DNA of 63,399 nucleotides, the filler included, from Asterionella formosa (Eukaryota), in the NCBI GenBank assembly GCA_002256025.1. It is 16 parts of 16 records of this genome, joined end to end, with 100 filler letters (N's around TTAATTAATTAA, not from the genome) between each part and the next. Parts side by side here need not be neighbours in the genome. Positions count along the whole stretch, not along the records: positions 1 to 1,774 come from NKIB01000599.1; positions 1,875 to 3,902 come from NKIB01000600.1; positions 4,003 to 6,025 come from NKIB01000601.1; positions 6,126 to 37,890 come from NKIB01000602.1; 12 more parts are not named here. One strand, 5' to 3'. The translations under genes were made by a program, and so were the position numbers. This document shows positions 1 through 13,500 of this stretch, piece after piece. Numbering within the stretch: position 1 is the first letter of the stretch; each line of letters opens with the position of its first letter. The notes under the pieces were generated by a model. The model made no database searches, was not told the origin of the DNA, and saw only the letters and a list, made by a program, of their open reading frames with translations.

Positions 1-709
1 ATGTCATTGTTCTGTACTACACAAAGATGATTTGCAAAAGTTGCAATTTACTAGTATACATAAACGACAAACCGGTGCTATCTTTTCTTTTGTTTATTTT
101 AAGTGTCATTTGATTAATTATACCGGTAGTCATTCTCATATCAAGTGTGTAAAAATATGAAACTAGAATCTATCGCTCTAGCCGGTACCAGGTCCCCTGG
201 TACTGCATACCTGGAACTGTGGCATGCACTCCGGTTCTCCATCATCTTCAGGATATCGGGGGGTACATACCGGTAGGCTACTCGAAGCATATACCGGGTA
301 GTAGCTGGTAATCTTGTTGCACCTCATTTCCAATCAGCACAAAAGTTCGACTAAAAGAATACACACATGTAGGCATATCATAGGAGCCATGGGTACCAGG
401 GTACTTACTATGCTTTTCTTATTAGACTACAGGTGTATTACCAATTACTGTAATATTAAACTTGGAAAAAATATATATAGTCTCTAATGCTAGGAGAGCT
501 GTTCATGCTGCTTGTGTTCGGGCTTGGCTACCGGTATTATTATCAGTTCCTATGGTCATCAGCCATGACTTATCGCTCGGACTGTCGTATAATCCTCCTT
601 GCTTTACTTTTAATTTTGCCTCGTTCGCAGAGCCGATACTCCTATGCCATACAAGTCACACAAGGAGTGTTTTGACAACAAGTTTCGAATCTGATTGAGT
701 AATTTGACA

Positions 710-1774
710 ATGAAAATACTTCTTAGATCATCGCTCATCGCGATGACAATGTTCCTGAGTCAAGCATTTACTACGCCACTGAGGTCAAGGCATGCTTTGA
801 CCTCCTCTCTGCTCGACTGTTCGGGCAGTGATAACCGTCCCATTAAAAATAACGGATCTGGGAGAGAACTTGATGCACAAGTAGCTGATATAGACGAGAA
901 TGATGCCTGGGAAGCGAGCTTAGCTCTGGAGTCCAAGCCGTATGTGTACAGCCTCATTGAATCTCGACCAGAGTGGAAACCGTTTCTTGAAACACTTCAG
1001 AATGGTAAAGAGTCTTTTAACCTAAAAGATCCTCTGTGGGAGCAGGTCAAGCTTGAAGCGACAAATGCACTTGGTGTAGAGCCCGAGGCAGGCCCACAGC
1101 TGTACCAAGGCATTCTTTCGCAGCGTTCACTTTTGGAGGCGCTTGTCACGATTGCTGCCCATGAAATTGAAAATGAACTCATGCCAGCGACGCTTCTCAA
1201 GATACTTTTCCTTGAGATGTTGACCCCAGATGATGAAATATCGATTCATCTTGATGTGATGGCAGCAGCAATGAGATCACCATGTATTGAAAACGCCATG
1301 ACCGCCACTATGTTCCATAGGGGACTGCATGCATTGGTATGCTACCGAGTGGGACATCGGCTGTGGTTAGATGGGCGGAAATGTCTTGCACACTACCTTC
1401 AGTCTACAGTGAGCCGCACTTTCTCGGCTGACATTCACCCTGCGGCCTGTATTGGGTCGGGTATTTTCCTGAATTGTGGAGGCGGGGTTGTGATTGGAGA
1501 AACGGCCGTTATTGGGCAAGATGTGAGCATCCTACAAGGCGTCACTCTTGGTGGTACGGGTAAGGAAATTGGCGATCGACATCCAAAGGTCGGAAACGGT
1601 GTAATTATAGACGACGGAGCCATTTTACTGGGAAACATCAAAATTGGCGACGGTGCTGTAATAACTGCCAAGTCTATAGTGACTAAGCCTGTACCACCAC
1701 TAGCGCGAATGAGTGGTATACCTGCAAAAGTGATGAGTTATCGACAGCTAAGGCAAGAGGATTTCGATAGCGAC
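710..1774 (+). CDS. cysE: Serine O-acetyltransferase, probably plastid-targeted; 3' end cut by contig end
   Basis: SAT motifs (GLHAL..YRVGHRLW, DIHPAA, GVVIGETAVIG, QGVTLGGTGKE.GDRHPKVG) and hexapeptide repeats. ATG at 710 opens a signal peptide ending SQA|F, like the diatom ASAF motif, followed by a Ser/Thr/Arg-rich transit-like segment. Confidence 0.93.
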
Positions 1775-1874
1775 NNNNNNNNNNNNNNNNNNNNNNNNNN
1801 NNNNNNNNNNNNNNNNNNTTAATTAATTAANNNNNNNNNNNNNNNNNNNNNNNNNNNNNNNNNNNNNNNNNNNN
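1775..1874. other. Artificial contig spacer N44-TTAATTAATTAA-N44 (15 in the window)
   Basis: Identical 100-nt all-frame-stop linkers start at 1775, 3903, 6026, 37891, 40018, 42145, 44272, 46399, about 48526, 50651, 52777, 54903, 57028, 59152 and 61276. Most flanked pieces are 2023-2028 bp. Confidence 0.98.
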
Positions 1875-3902
1875 TATGTAAATTTTCTCTCTGCAATCTG
1901 CGGTTAGATAAGCGTTTTGAATATCGCAAGCAAGAAGTTGTAAGTCGTTCAATGAAGCAACCAATAAGGCAATGCGTACTGAGTCCCTCGACACAACTGA
2001 CGAATACGTCAGGGCTGCGGGCGTTTCCGTCCGGCTGCCGTCAGCAACTAGTCTCGCCTTACGCCGAAAGTTTTCGCCCATTTTGATGTCGAACACGAAA
2101 TGACACCTTATCTTTTGGTACCCTGGCGGAAGGTCTCCCTCTCGCTTTTCCCACTTTTCAAATGCCGGTCGCATGTTTTTCATTTCCTTGCAGATGGCGT
2201 CCCACCATAATGTGTTGCCATTGGCTTTATCAATCGCTAACGCCTCTTCGACGGAATTCGGTATCCGTATACCGTATTTGTGAGTTCGCTGCCAATACTT
2301 AAACTTTACCTTTGCTAGGACTTGGTCCCGTTTCTTTAGAAGAGTCGGCACCCACCACGCGAACACTGCCTCGTCATCAATACGATTAGCAATTGAGTAC
2401 TCCACCACCTGTATGGGGTACGATTGCTTCGTATCCTTAAGTGCGACCCAAGTGGTACTCCCGTCCCTCCATTGGCACAGGAGTTGCCGCCCTTGAGTTG
2501 TCTGTCTCCGCCGCTTGACACCGTTAGACATTGTGATGAACGCGTCCTCTTTGTCGAGTGCCGTCGCATTCCGCCTATGATCGATAATGTCGTCGAGAAG
2601 TACGTGTCGTTCGCCCTCCTTGTCTATCTGTGAAAACAAATTCTGAGCAATAAGGTTTGAAGACAATGCCTCTGAGTGTCCATCAAAGAACTCGACCTCA
2701 TACTCTCTGGTGTCAAGCAAAGGATTTTCGTGAGCCTTGCCGATAGGTCTACCATTGGCGTCGCGCAATCTCTTGGTGACTCTGCCAAACTGAACACCGT
2801 CGTTGTCATCTCCAGCGCCCCTCGCTATCGCTATCTCTTTGTTGAGGTATGTATCCTCGAAAATATCGGGCGTGAAATTGTCATCGGCATCTGGTATTTG
2901 GTGATCGCTCACAACATTGTTTATCTCTTCGCCAAATACTGAGTCGTCCTGCAGATCCGAGTATTCATCCCAATCCTGCAATTGTTGCTCCTCCTCGTCG
3001 CCTGCATTTTGGTGGTTGTTGTCACGCATTATTTCCTTTATCCTCTCATTGTACTCCTTGCATCTGTCGTTGACCTCGCTAGTTGTCAGTTCAAGTTGAG
3101 TGATACGCTGCACTGTAGTGCGTGAGATAACGCGACAAGCAATGGTTAGAATCCAATACGACATTAGGTTACCGACTCGGTGAGATACACCAAGCCAGCG
3201 CCCGAACATGTTTTCGCCAACCCCTGCATTATCCTTGTACCACACCCAATCGTAGAACCCGAAATCCAAGTATTCGGATATGTCGGGTGTCTTGCCTGTG
3301 ATTTGTTCTATAGGAGTCCGACCTTCCAGCGCAAATGATGAGTTAGCAGTGAGAGACATTGTTTCACACACCCACACGATTCCGTAATCCCACAAACGCT
3401 TCGGAACCCGACGCTTCATCATTTGTCGAAACCATCGCTTCTCCACTTCACGAATGACTGACTCCGCTCGATTCTGTCGATGTTTTCCGCTGGCCATACA
3501 TCCTATCTGTTCGGTACCGCCTGCTCAATGGGAGTATTGCTGACCGAATGCCCTTCTGAGTGGTGACCTCTAGGGTCTGTTTCGCTTGAGTCAATCCGAT
3601 ATTCCACATTTCGCTGAGTGTCTCATAATTCACTTGAGCATGCCGGTCTGACGAAACAAAAGTCCTGGTGGCCGGTACGTCCACTTGGGTTGATTTAATG
3701 TATCGAACATCTCTTAGAGCCTCCGCCATCTCCTTAAAGCAGTAGATGGACGATATTTGGGACAAGAAAGGCTCGACGCCGATCATGTCCTCCGCCTCCA
3801 CAGATTGTATGAGGGAAAGGTTGACAGTCTGTGGATTCCATTTGGTGTCGCAGGTTAAATGAATGTGAGTACAAGTATCAAGTTCACGCTGGGTGGGAGT
3901 GG
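1875..3902 (-). mobile_element. Ty1/copia LTR retrotransposon pol fragment (integrase end, then RT start), defective
   Basis: QNRAE..IREV.KRW..VP.RLWD integrase end followed by RT motifs CHFVFDIK, RRKARLVADG, YSSVVSRDSVRI and DIQNAYL. The IN-then-RT order is copia-type. Frame break near 3450-3500. Confidence 0.92.
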
Positions 3903-5277
3903 NNNNNNNNNNNNNNNNNNNNNNNNNNNNNNNNNNNNNNNNNNNNTTAATTAATTAANNNNNNNNNNNNNNNNNNNNNNNNNNNNNNNNNNNNNNNNNN
4001 NNAGATCGATCTTTTCCAAATCCATGCACAGCATCAACGCAAAGGTTTGAGCAATGCCTCGAAGAGAGAAGCTCACTAACGCCACCGTCGAAGATTCGGA
4101 CCGGATTCACTCAATTTACCTTCGAGACACCTGATTCTTGCATACCATAGCTACTACCGGTAGCTAGCTATAAGAAGCTATGGTCTAAAACACACGTACC
4201 TCCTGGTATGTACCAATCAAGAGAGTGAGTACCAGGTAACAGGGTACGGAGCACTAATACTGAATGTACTGGTATTTCTTATGATTCATTGCCAACAACA
4301 AAGCTTTCCCTTGCTGGCTTTTGTTGCCGCTATGAGGAATACATACAGGTGGTAAATAGTTGACTTAATGGTGACTGAAGTACGGCAATCCTGATCAACA
4401 GTATACAGAAAACTCCTTCTTGTACTTGTTACTCATAATCGGTGACCATGTACCGGTACTTCTACTCTTACCTATACATACCGGTACATACAATCGCTCG
4501 CGATGTTCCCGCTGTGCCGCATAAAGATGGCGAAAGGGAATCTTTATGAGGTCATAGATTCATTAGCTTGTCTGTTTGTTCTTACGGACTGTGTGCCCGT
4601 TTCGGGTGGTACCTGGTACTCAGCATCATAAGAATATGTCGAATGTTATCATTGGAACATAAAAATTCGCTCGACGGCTGCTTCATCTCATTTAACGGCA
4701 AAACGTTTAGTGTACTTTACTCAGTATCCATTTAATACATCTACAGGAAGTTGCAGTAAAAGACGGTTCTTGCTATGAGGAAATCTCATTCACCTTTCTT
4801 TTTGACAGAAACCTTTTGGCTGATGATAAATGTAGGGACTGTATCAGGTAGGTATTGCGTGGTCGGAGAACCTGGTGCACCAGGTACCATGTACTACACA
4901 TAGGATATGACAGTCGTTAATTCATATGTAGATCACTGCATGTGTCACTTCACTACAGAAGGAAAGAGATTTACCAGCATTAGTCTACTGGTACTATGTC
5001 AACAATATGCTGGTAAAAACAGTGTATCACTATGTGTAGCATAATTTCATAATGATGTTCTGTACTCCTTTAAGCACTCACATGTATGCTGCATGAAGGG
5101 ACTGTCAAACATTAACTATAGGGTAATACTGGTAGTAGTTTTGACAGCATATTTGACATTTGTCAGCTTTCACATGCCAATTCGTAATCAATCAATTCTC
5201 AGTAGATAAATAACTTATTTAACATCTGTTGCTCCAATTATTCTTGTTATCGACGTAGTCATTGTCTTATTTGTTGA

Positions 5278-6025
5278 ATAATTACTTTAAAAGTGTCAAA
5301 GCTCCTTGTAACATGTCATTTTAAAAATGGTGCATCACTGATTTACATGAAAAAACATGCCATCAGCGTCTTCAATTTTCGTTGTCAATATCAGTGTAAT
5401 TAGCATAATTGTTTTGATTGTATTGTCGATGATGTCATTAATTGTACATACCAAATAGCAAAGCGTCGTTCTGATTTTCATTAAGTTATTTGTTATCTTT
5501 GTCATGGTCAAGGCTGAGACAACATCATGCAATATTCGCTCTCCAGCCATTCAGAATGACTACACTGTAGTGTATTAAATATAGAAAAAGCATAATCTAA
5601 GCTAAATAATTACATTCTAGTGCCTATGTGGGCTACCTCAGGTACCCTGTACATGAATCCATCAAAAGGTGTATGATATATTGCATGTTTCATGGGCAAT
5701 ACATTTCTTACTTCACCTTATGTTTACCGGTATGTTGTATCATCATTAACTACAGTGTTATGTTGGTATGCGGCTGTGATGGCATTTGGGTAGAAATGAT
5801 GACATCACACATCAAGGGAAATTGATACTTTAATCAAAACGGTCAAACATTAAGCAAATCCTAGCTACTATGGTACTGGCAGAATAAGTAAAAAGATCCT
5901 AGGTCTCAATATTGTAGGCTAAATCAGATTAAAGTTACAGACAATTCCAAACAACCAGGTGGTCAGGTTGTTTATTAAATGAAAAATCAAAAGAGATACA
6001 CATGAATCAATTTGGAATTGGAATC
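5278..6025 (-). repeat. About 750-bp dispersed repeat, reverse complement of 62648-63399
   Basis: Near-identical inverted sequence. The same spurious 65-aa ORF appears at 5628-5825(+) and 62852-63049(-). Confidence 0.92.
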
Positions 6026-6139
6026 NNNNNNNNNNNNNNNNNNNNNNNNNNNNNNNNNNNNNNNNNNNNTTAATTAATTAANNNNNNNNNNNNNNNNNNN
6101 NNNNNNNNNNNNNNNNNNNNNNNNNTTCAGCTCATAATA

Positions 6140-7800
6140 TGCATCCAATTTATGGCAAAAAAGAAATCGACTGTGCCTTCGGGCAAGGCGGCTCAGTCTA
6201 TTAGCAGCGCAAACAAAGCGAGGATGATTGAACATTGCCTATTGAACATTTCCTATTGAACATTTCTACAAATATGGAAGTGTTGAAAGCGAAAAATAAT
6301 GGAAAACTACCATATGGCGCAATTTCTCGTTCTGTGCACGATGTACAAGAACTTGTCCCATGGGAGACTACACAGAAAGTGAAATACTTTCTAAGGAAAA
6401 TAAGGTTATCTGGTGGCACCAGTAGCTACCAGAACGGACAAACAGCCTGAGGAGGATGAGCAAGAGGATTAACAAGAAAGCGAAATATCTATGCTGACAA
6501 TGGAAGGTGTAGAAAATTACAGCTATAGCAGAAAAAATCATCATCATTCTTCCATTACTACTATGATTATGTCTACAAGTTCTAGTTTGCCTCCTGCCAG
6601 GCAGCACTACTACTGCATCAACTGAAAGCAGCAGCAGCACCATTTCTGTCACTGCAACCCTGCCCTATGGTGGTCATCCAAAGAAAAAGTGAAAGAATGT
6701 ATTTCCAATTCGGCAGCAGAAAATATGGTGAGAGAAGAGGAAAAAGAAAAAGGAGGAGAATCACGAGTGAAGAGAAATACACTTACCTGTATAATACTAA
6801 GAGAAAAGGAGGCCATTGGTATTCTTCCTGCTGTCAATATTAATTTCGAAACAGTTAGAACATGTGCAAAAAGAAAAAACCATCAAGGAACAAACACAGA
6901 ATTCCTCTCACCTATGCTTGAAGTGGAACTTTACATTGTGGAGCTCATTGATCTGTTGAGTAAAATGCGTTCGCCCATCACATGCCGAGAGTCGCCCATC
7001 ACATGCCGAGAGGGACTGCAACTTGCAAATTCACTACTTGGGAAAAAAGTTTTGCGAGATTACGCACAAACAAAAAAGCGGTAGCAGAGCGAGGCTGGGG
7101 ACCTTTGAACTATAATTGCTTGTTGAATCCTGAAATACAGCTGACGAAATTTGGTGTGCGTTGTCCCATTGAATAGAATGTCACACAGTAACAGAAACTC
7201 TACTACACCTGACCAGCTCGACCTGGTGCAAGAAGGACTTTCAGGAACTCTTACAAATCAAATCGTTGAATACATAAACAGAGAAGATGTGCGAAATGGT
7301 AATGATGCAGCAGAACATGCCAGGAAAAGAAAGCAAACAGCACAAGCAGCAATCGACACACACAAACGAATGACCGCAGAACTGCACTTTGCTGTTGGAA
7401 ACACTTGTCTAGGACCACCGCTTTTTGAGCATATGCTGGAAATCAAACGCCGGCATGAAATCCAGGAACAAAACAAGGAGCAGAATTTGAGTCACCGGTT
7501 TTTTGAATTGTCACAGAAGGTACAGGCCATCAGAGAGACTGGAAAGGAAGCTGGAAGCTACAACGTAGCTGAACTGAAAACAATGGTGACATGGTACAAG
7601 CGCGATGGCGATGCGCCGCTTCCAATAACCAGACAGAACTTGTTGGCAAGATACTTGGAGACTTGTTCCCGTGGATAAAAGGATTCTCCATATCCAATTC
7701 GGTCTCTTGATGTTGTGCTTGTGGGAGGGCAGGAGCTTAGTAGGGATGAGGGCGACATTGCAGTGGTGTTGATAGGCGCAAGCATTTAATGTGGCTGAAT
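6140..7800 (+). mobile_element. Degenerate pogo/Tc1-mariner-like DNA transposon ORF remnant
   Basis: Frame-shifted pieces NGKLPYGAIS..PWET, AVAERGWGPLNYNCLLNPEI and VAELKTMVTWYKRDGDAPLP..LLARY resemble, from recall, the N- and C-terminal parts of diatom DDE_1-type transposases. The catalytic core appears deleted. Confidence 0.55.
6971..7012 (+). repeat. 21-bp exact tandem duplication TCGCCCATCACATGCCGAGAG
   Basis: Read directly; gives SPITCRE twice in the ORF track. Confidence 0.95.
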
Positions 7801-7933
7801 GCATTTGTGTGTGATTGTGATATAAATATTGGATGCGAAAATTCATAAAAATAATTTTGCGAAAACCAAATGGGGTAATCCGTGATCATAATGGTATATA
7901 AAATTATATACAATTATGGATAAAAATTTAAGT

Positions 7934-8137
7934 ACTGCTGTGACCCATTACCGGCAAATTTTGTCCACATAAAAGGGTTCGTATCTCAGTACCTCGACCT
8001 TCAATGAGAATACCGACAGATCCACAACCTGCTGACTCCTTTGGTTAACAAGACCTGGAAGCTTGATTCTCGCAAGGCATGGAAAGGTTTAGTCGAACTA
8101 ATCAAACGAATAGGAGAACTCAGTGGGTCACAGCAGT
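7934..8137. mobile_element. MITE-like element, 204 bp, with 14-bp perfect terminal inverted repeats
   Basis: ACTGCTGTGACCCA (7934-7947) and TGGGTCACAGCAGT (8124-8137) flank a non-coding interior. Confidence 0.65.
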
Positions 8138-8917
8138 TCTTTACTGGTACCAGGTACCACTAGGTTATAATATTTATTGATTGGTGCACCAGCACTTAAA
8201 CAACTCTAAATAAACAAGTTATTATGGCGCACAACTTAATTGCAATGGCGCAAACATGCCATAGTAATGATGCGGAAAAGTCTTGAAACAAGCTAATTAT
8301 TTATATAGCTTCAGCATCTCTTATGTGTTGAAAAAGTCATGCAGGCTCAATGGGGTAAAACTGATTTGGACCAAAAACCGTCGACAGCCAATTTTGGGCT
8401 ACTATAACTAAAGAACTGGTACGAGATTGCAGTGTTCGAGTACGAACAATGCTGTTCCTAATATGCACAGGAAGGACTTTGTCTAATACAGATTTATAAT
8501 ATTACAATTATTCGTCTCAAACCGTGTGATTACCCCGTTTTGTTATGACTATCAGTACAAAACTGAAAGTTTGTATGACTCTCAGTTTTTAGGTGGTACC
8601 ATATAACGATACGGGCTGTCGATCTGCTTGGTGTCCTCGTGTGGCTCCTCGTCTCGGCGGGAAATTCTATTTGATCATGCAGCAAGAACACAATTGTTCT
8701 AAACCAAGCAATGCACAGTATCACATTTTTATGATGATGCTCATAAGATTTCCTCCGTGTCATGCTTGAGAGCATTCCTATCGTTCATCAAAGTGAGTAC
8801 ATGTATGTGCACTCTCTTACGACCATTCTTTCAAGTGTCGATTCTCACATTAATCCATGAAGCTTGTCCTCAATAGTTTGTGTTGTGTCGACATCAACAT
8901 TCTTCAAAGCAATAAAC

Positions 8918-9361
8918 ATGGACGACCATCAACCCTCAACTTTTGATGGAAGCAATGAAATTCTCAATCTGAACGACGTGTCATTTGAAAGTCGTGCGAT
9001 CAGCGAGCCTACTACTGACATGAAAGTAGATCAGAAGCAAGGCAGGCAGGATGTGTATGGCGAGAACATCGTGATGGAAGCCAAGCTCCGCGACGAACGT
9101 GAAAAGGTGACTCAAGATATCGCGGCAAAGTTCCAGTCGACTCTGGATGATATCAAAATCACCACCCAGAAGCTCATGGCGGAAATGGAACACATGATGA
9201 TGGTCAATGAGGGAGTCACGATCGACTACATGAAGGTGATGGAAAGCCAGCAACACGAAACTCGGAGATTGGAAGACACAGAACCTGATGTCATGAGTAT
9301 CACGACTAACATGCAGCAAGCCATTGCAACTGGAAATCTCTCGAAGCTTATGAGCATGTAA
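8918..9361 (+). CDS. Hypothetical coiled-coil protein, about 147 aa
   Basis: Clean ORF from AAACATGG with coding-like composition and an E/K/Q/M-rich helical C-terminal half. Confidence 0.65.
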   Translation: MDDHQPSTFDGSNEILNLNDVSFESRAISEPTTDMKVDQKQGRQDVYGENIVMEAKLRDEREKVTQDIAAKFQSTLDDIKITTQKLMAEMEHMMMVNEGVTIDYMKVMESQQHETRRLEDTEPDVMSITTNMQQAIATGNLSKLMSM

Positions 9362-9398
9362 AATCTTAGATTAATATGAGGGGGAGAACTCATGAAGA

Positions 9399-9443
9399 TA
9401 TATAAATAAATAAATAAATAAATATATATATATATATATATAT
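9399..9443. repeat. (TAAA)n/(TA)n microsatellite
   Basis: Read directly. Confidence 0.9.
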
Positions 9444-10583
9444 ACAGTGTTGCAAAGGGTGAGGGCGATCTCTACGAATAGACGATCATCGTCACTTGCT
9501 GTAAACTGGCCTATCATCTCTCTGCTTTTGAATGGATCATATGACAATGGACCATCAGAATTTACGAGGGCGCGCAAAAGCCAGAGAATATGATAGGGAT
9601 GCATTTACTTGACGATATAATCTACTCAAAGTCTTGTTTAGTCCATATACCGGAGCTTAAAACGTCTACCGGAACATACTTCTACCGGTAGTTCACGTCT
9701 ATACATCGACACTACCAGGTACTGTACCGGTAGCTTTTTACCGAATACCTATATCACTTGCCGGTATCATAGTCTATGTTGTTGGCACGCTGCTTATTTA
9801 TGATACCTTTGTGATTCCCATCGTTATGAGCAATAAAATGTTCCCATATCGTGTATGTATTAATTATAGGAGGAGGCAGTCGTACAATTTTTATCATTTG
9901 CTCATGCCACTATTCGCTCATTAAACAAAGTACCAGTACCAATGAGCAAGTTTCAGTCAGTCAGTAGTTGCACTCTCTTATGCAATAAACATACAGGTAC
10001 TTACTTTACATACAGCCAGGTGGGTTACTAAGATACCTATCGGGTAACCAGGTCCAGAACGTGAAGCAACCAGTGACGAGAATGGTATTTCAAAATTTGC
10101 TTGAATGTGGTATGTACCACATAGGTCCCTGTACCGGTCATGGCTGAGCGAAGTTCCGGTATACATCCACCGTTCTTAGTAATATTCTAGACGTAAAAAC
10201 ATACTACAGTCTAATACATATCAGTACCCGGTACCTTGTACCGGTACTTCGCTTGAAGAACGCATACAATATAAATAGCAAGAAACAGTCGTGTGTGGTG
10301 CGAAAAACTGCAACGGCTCTTTCCTCGCTTGTTTTGATCACACACATACAAAAGATACGCGTATCAATGTAAGAGACGATGTCTTGATTGTTTTTGGTAG
10401 CTGTCATCCACCACATCTACATAGCACCTAGTACCAGGTACTGTACTGTTAATCTACACCGGTATGATATAATACATCCAAGGTACAAAGGTACCGGTAC
10501 CAGGTAGAATACCTGGGAACCTGTAGTGGTACGTAAACATACAACGGTAGTCAGCCGCAATAGATGCAACGATGAGATTTTGA

Positions 10584-13500
10584 ATGCTTCCATATACCGG
10601 TATAGACAAAACATACCTTTACCCCATTGAACAAGCATTCGGGTCTGCCATCATGGTCCTGCATCAAGCGACCATCCAACGAGGCCATCATCATGATGCA
10701 ACAGTCAGTCCCACCTCCCACGCTCGAGGCGACGGAATAAAACCCCTCAGCATAATTACGGATCATACGTCGGTGACTCGGAACAACAAGGCAGTTGAGA
10801 TGGCGAAACAGCGCTTCGCCGCGAAGTCTCCAACGAGTCGACGGCAGCATCGTACATCATCGTCCCCACACGAGGACGGGTACACATCCATATTAGCGGA
10901 AAGCAAATCGGAGTCCATGGCGAGTGTTGGTCCTAGTAACAAGACCGTCGTGGAAGCGTCCACCAAGGCGACCACGCGAAACAAACTGGATCTATGCCCT
11001 GTGTGTTCCCTTCCTGTTGAGTACACCGATCTTTCAGCCAAAACTATAATAAGCAGGCGAAATCAACTATCGATAATCCGTTATCAACCCAGCAGTGAAT
11101 CAGGTAGAACAATGGGAACTCTAAGCTGTATCAACACCAACAACGAAGAATGCATGAAACGAGTCAAGTTGGGCAACAGCAACGATAGTTCCGTTGCGGC
11201 GAGATGCGATTTTATGCGACCCCTACAGCATGCTGTGGAAGAATTTGTCTCTGGGTACTGTGATACTCAAAGTTCCATGGATGCTCAGGAAGAACGGCAA
11301 GACTCAAACACAATACTCGATTATGAAAGCATCGCCTCCAAGGCCATCCCACCCTATTGTGCCAATTGCCGGGCATACATTATCAATGAAGCTCCAGAGG
11401 ACACTCAAGAAGATTCATTACAAAATTTAGCAAGCTGGCTAATGGCGAATGGTAGTGGAGACGAGGCTCCACCAGGACATGGACGAATTTCAGTCGTTCT
11501 TGACAACGATGTGAAAATACACAAAAATCAGGAAGGAGCAGAAAGCAGGTTGCGATCGTCAACGTTCCGCGAGCCGGTGCAGCCGACACAACTCATAAAA
11601 GAAAAAACTGCATCCACTAGTCCTCGATGGTACAGCAATAATGAGGCTGCAATTGCAGCTATTGAATCGATATCGCGAAAGGCATCCAGTCCAACAAGTA
11701 GAGGAGGTACCATGTCCCCGCGCAGTAGACGATATCGACGGCTGTTAGAAGAATACGAGACTAAAAAAAAGTACCAGGGACAAGATGCGGTTGCCATGTC
11801 CACTCAAGAAAAGCTTCAGTCGGACCCAAGTAGGGAGTCAGAATTGCTGCAAAATTCATTGGCTTTGGATTCTGTAGATTCACCAAAGTCAGCAAAGGAA
11901 AACATAGGAAAGGAGGAGGCTTCATCCCCTTGGGAGGTCGTGAGCGATACATGTACAGAAGTGGTCACAATTTGTGGAATGGGCACTGCAGAAACACGAG
12001 TATCTACTGCAACGTTACAAACTGTGCGTGATCTCATGCTAGAAGCAATCAATGTTCACGAACCGCGCGCTGAAGAACGATCAGTAGAAGCTTCCATATT
12101 GTTGCAGCCGATTTCGTCTGGACCTTTGTCTATGCCAAGCAATGGAAAGCAACAAAACGATCAGGAATTCAATGATTGCGCTGTGGTGATTGATGCCGAA
12201 CTTCAGAATGAACCTTCATTCGGTGACTCAGGGTTTCCCTCCAGGAATACTTTTGATATGAATTCGTTGAGTATTCCAAAGTCGGATTTCGCAGCTAAAG
12301 TAGAAATGGATAGCAATGTTCTGACACTGGAGCAATGCAGTACTTTTGACGAAGAAATGATGATTATCAGTCGCTATGAAGAAAAGCGGCAGATCGCCAC
12401 GAAAGCGATTGGAAGGAAACTAATGGAGGACTATGTTCTTACACAAGATCAATGCAAACAATGCCACATGCCATTGATGGAACGGGAGGGTGTATGTGAG
12501 TGTGTAGTATGTCCTCTTGTATCAAAGAAAGCAAAGAAACGTGCAGGTCGAAAGCGACATGCAATTCTCAACTCTCCACTAAGCGACGGCTTTGAAAGTG
12601 GCTATGAGTCTTCAAGTCCACTCAAGGAGCGAATGATTCTATCCACCTCGTCTGGTAAAGGAAATCAACCTGCTCTGGCAGTTAACAGAATGGTAGACAT
12701 CACTCTCGGGCAAAAAACTGAAAGGTCGGCCTATCAGCCGATGGTAGATTCTAACAGCACATTAGGTAAGAACGGGGCACACTACCCTACGGAGAAGCAA
12801 ATATCCATTGAAATTTCCAATGATTCAAAATACCTAGACCATCATCGCTTGTTGTATCCTCCGGTAGGCCAACAAGGACTTGAGGTCAAGCGTGATGATG
12901 AGACCATTGGATACAAAAGTCTTGCCGAAAGTGGCTTGGCGGGGAAGCGAGATGACTCAGAAATGCGGCCAGTAGCCACAGAGGGTGCGGTAGCGGCGGA
13001 AAATGCTGGTAATATCTTGGGGATGGAGTTGACTCGAGGGACTTTAGGGCTTGATCCATTGGAAGAATCCTCCCGAAATTCAGCTCACGCGATGCTGACT
13101 TCGTCGTGTGAAAATGCCTTTCGAGACTTTCACCACGATACGGTTGCAAGCACTGATAGTTCTGAGTATGCCCCAACTGATATCTTGTCCATGGAGGGGG
13201 TCGTTCCTGGGCATGTATCTGAAAGCGTGGAGGAAAATAATGTTCCCTGGGAGATGCAGTTTTGTGAGAGGGACAGTCCGTTACAAAACTTCGATATTCC
13301 AAGCTATGACATGTACGTTTTTAATCCTGAATGCATCATATTGTTTTCCGCCTTGATCTAACTTCACTCTGCAGGGGAATGGCTAGCCAAAGGGTTTATG
13401 GTCGCCTTCTTCAAGGCTGGTTGTTATCGAATTCAAATTGCGAGGTTTGCTTTGCGCCGATGATGCAATCAGCGGAAACCACTGACGTCGAATGTGTTTT

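Noticed and set aside
5628..5825. 65-aa ORF conserved at two loci
   Set aside because: Conservation reflects the DNA repeat. It has a GTG start and no protein-like features.
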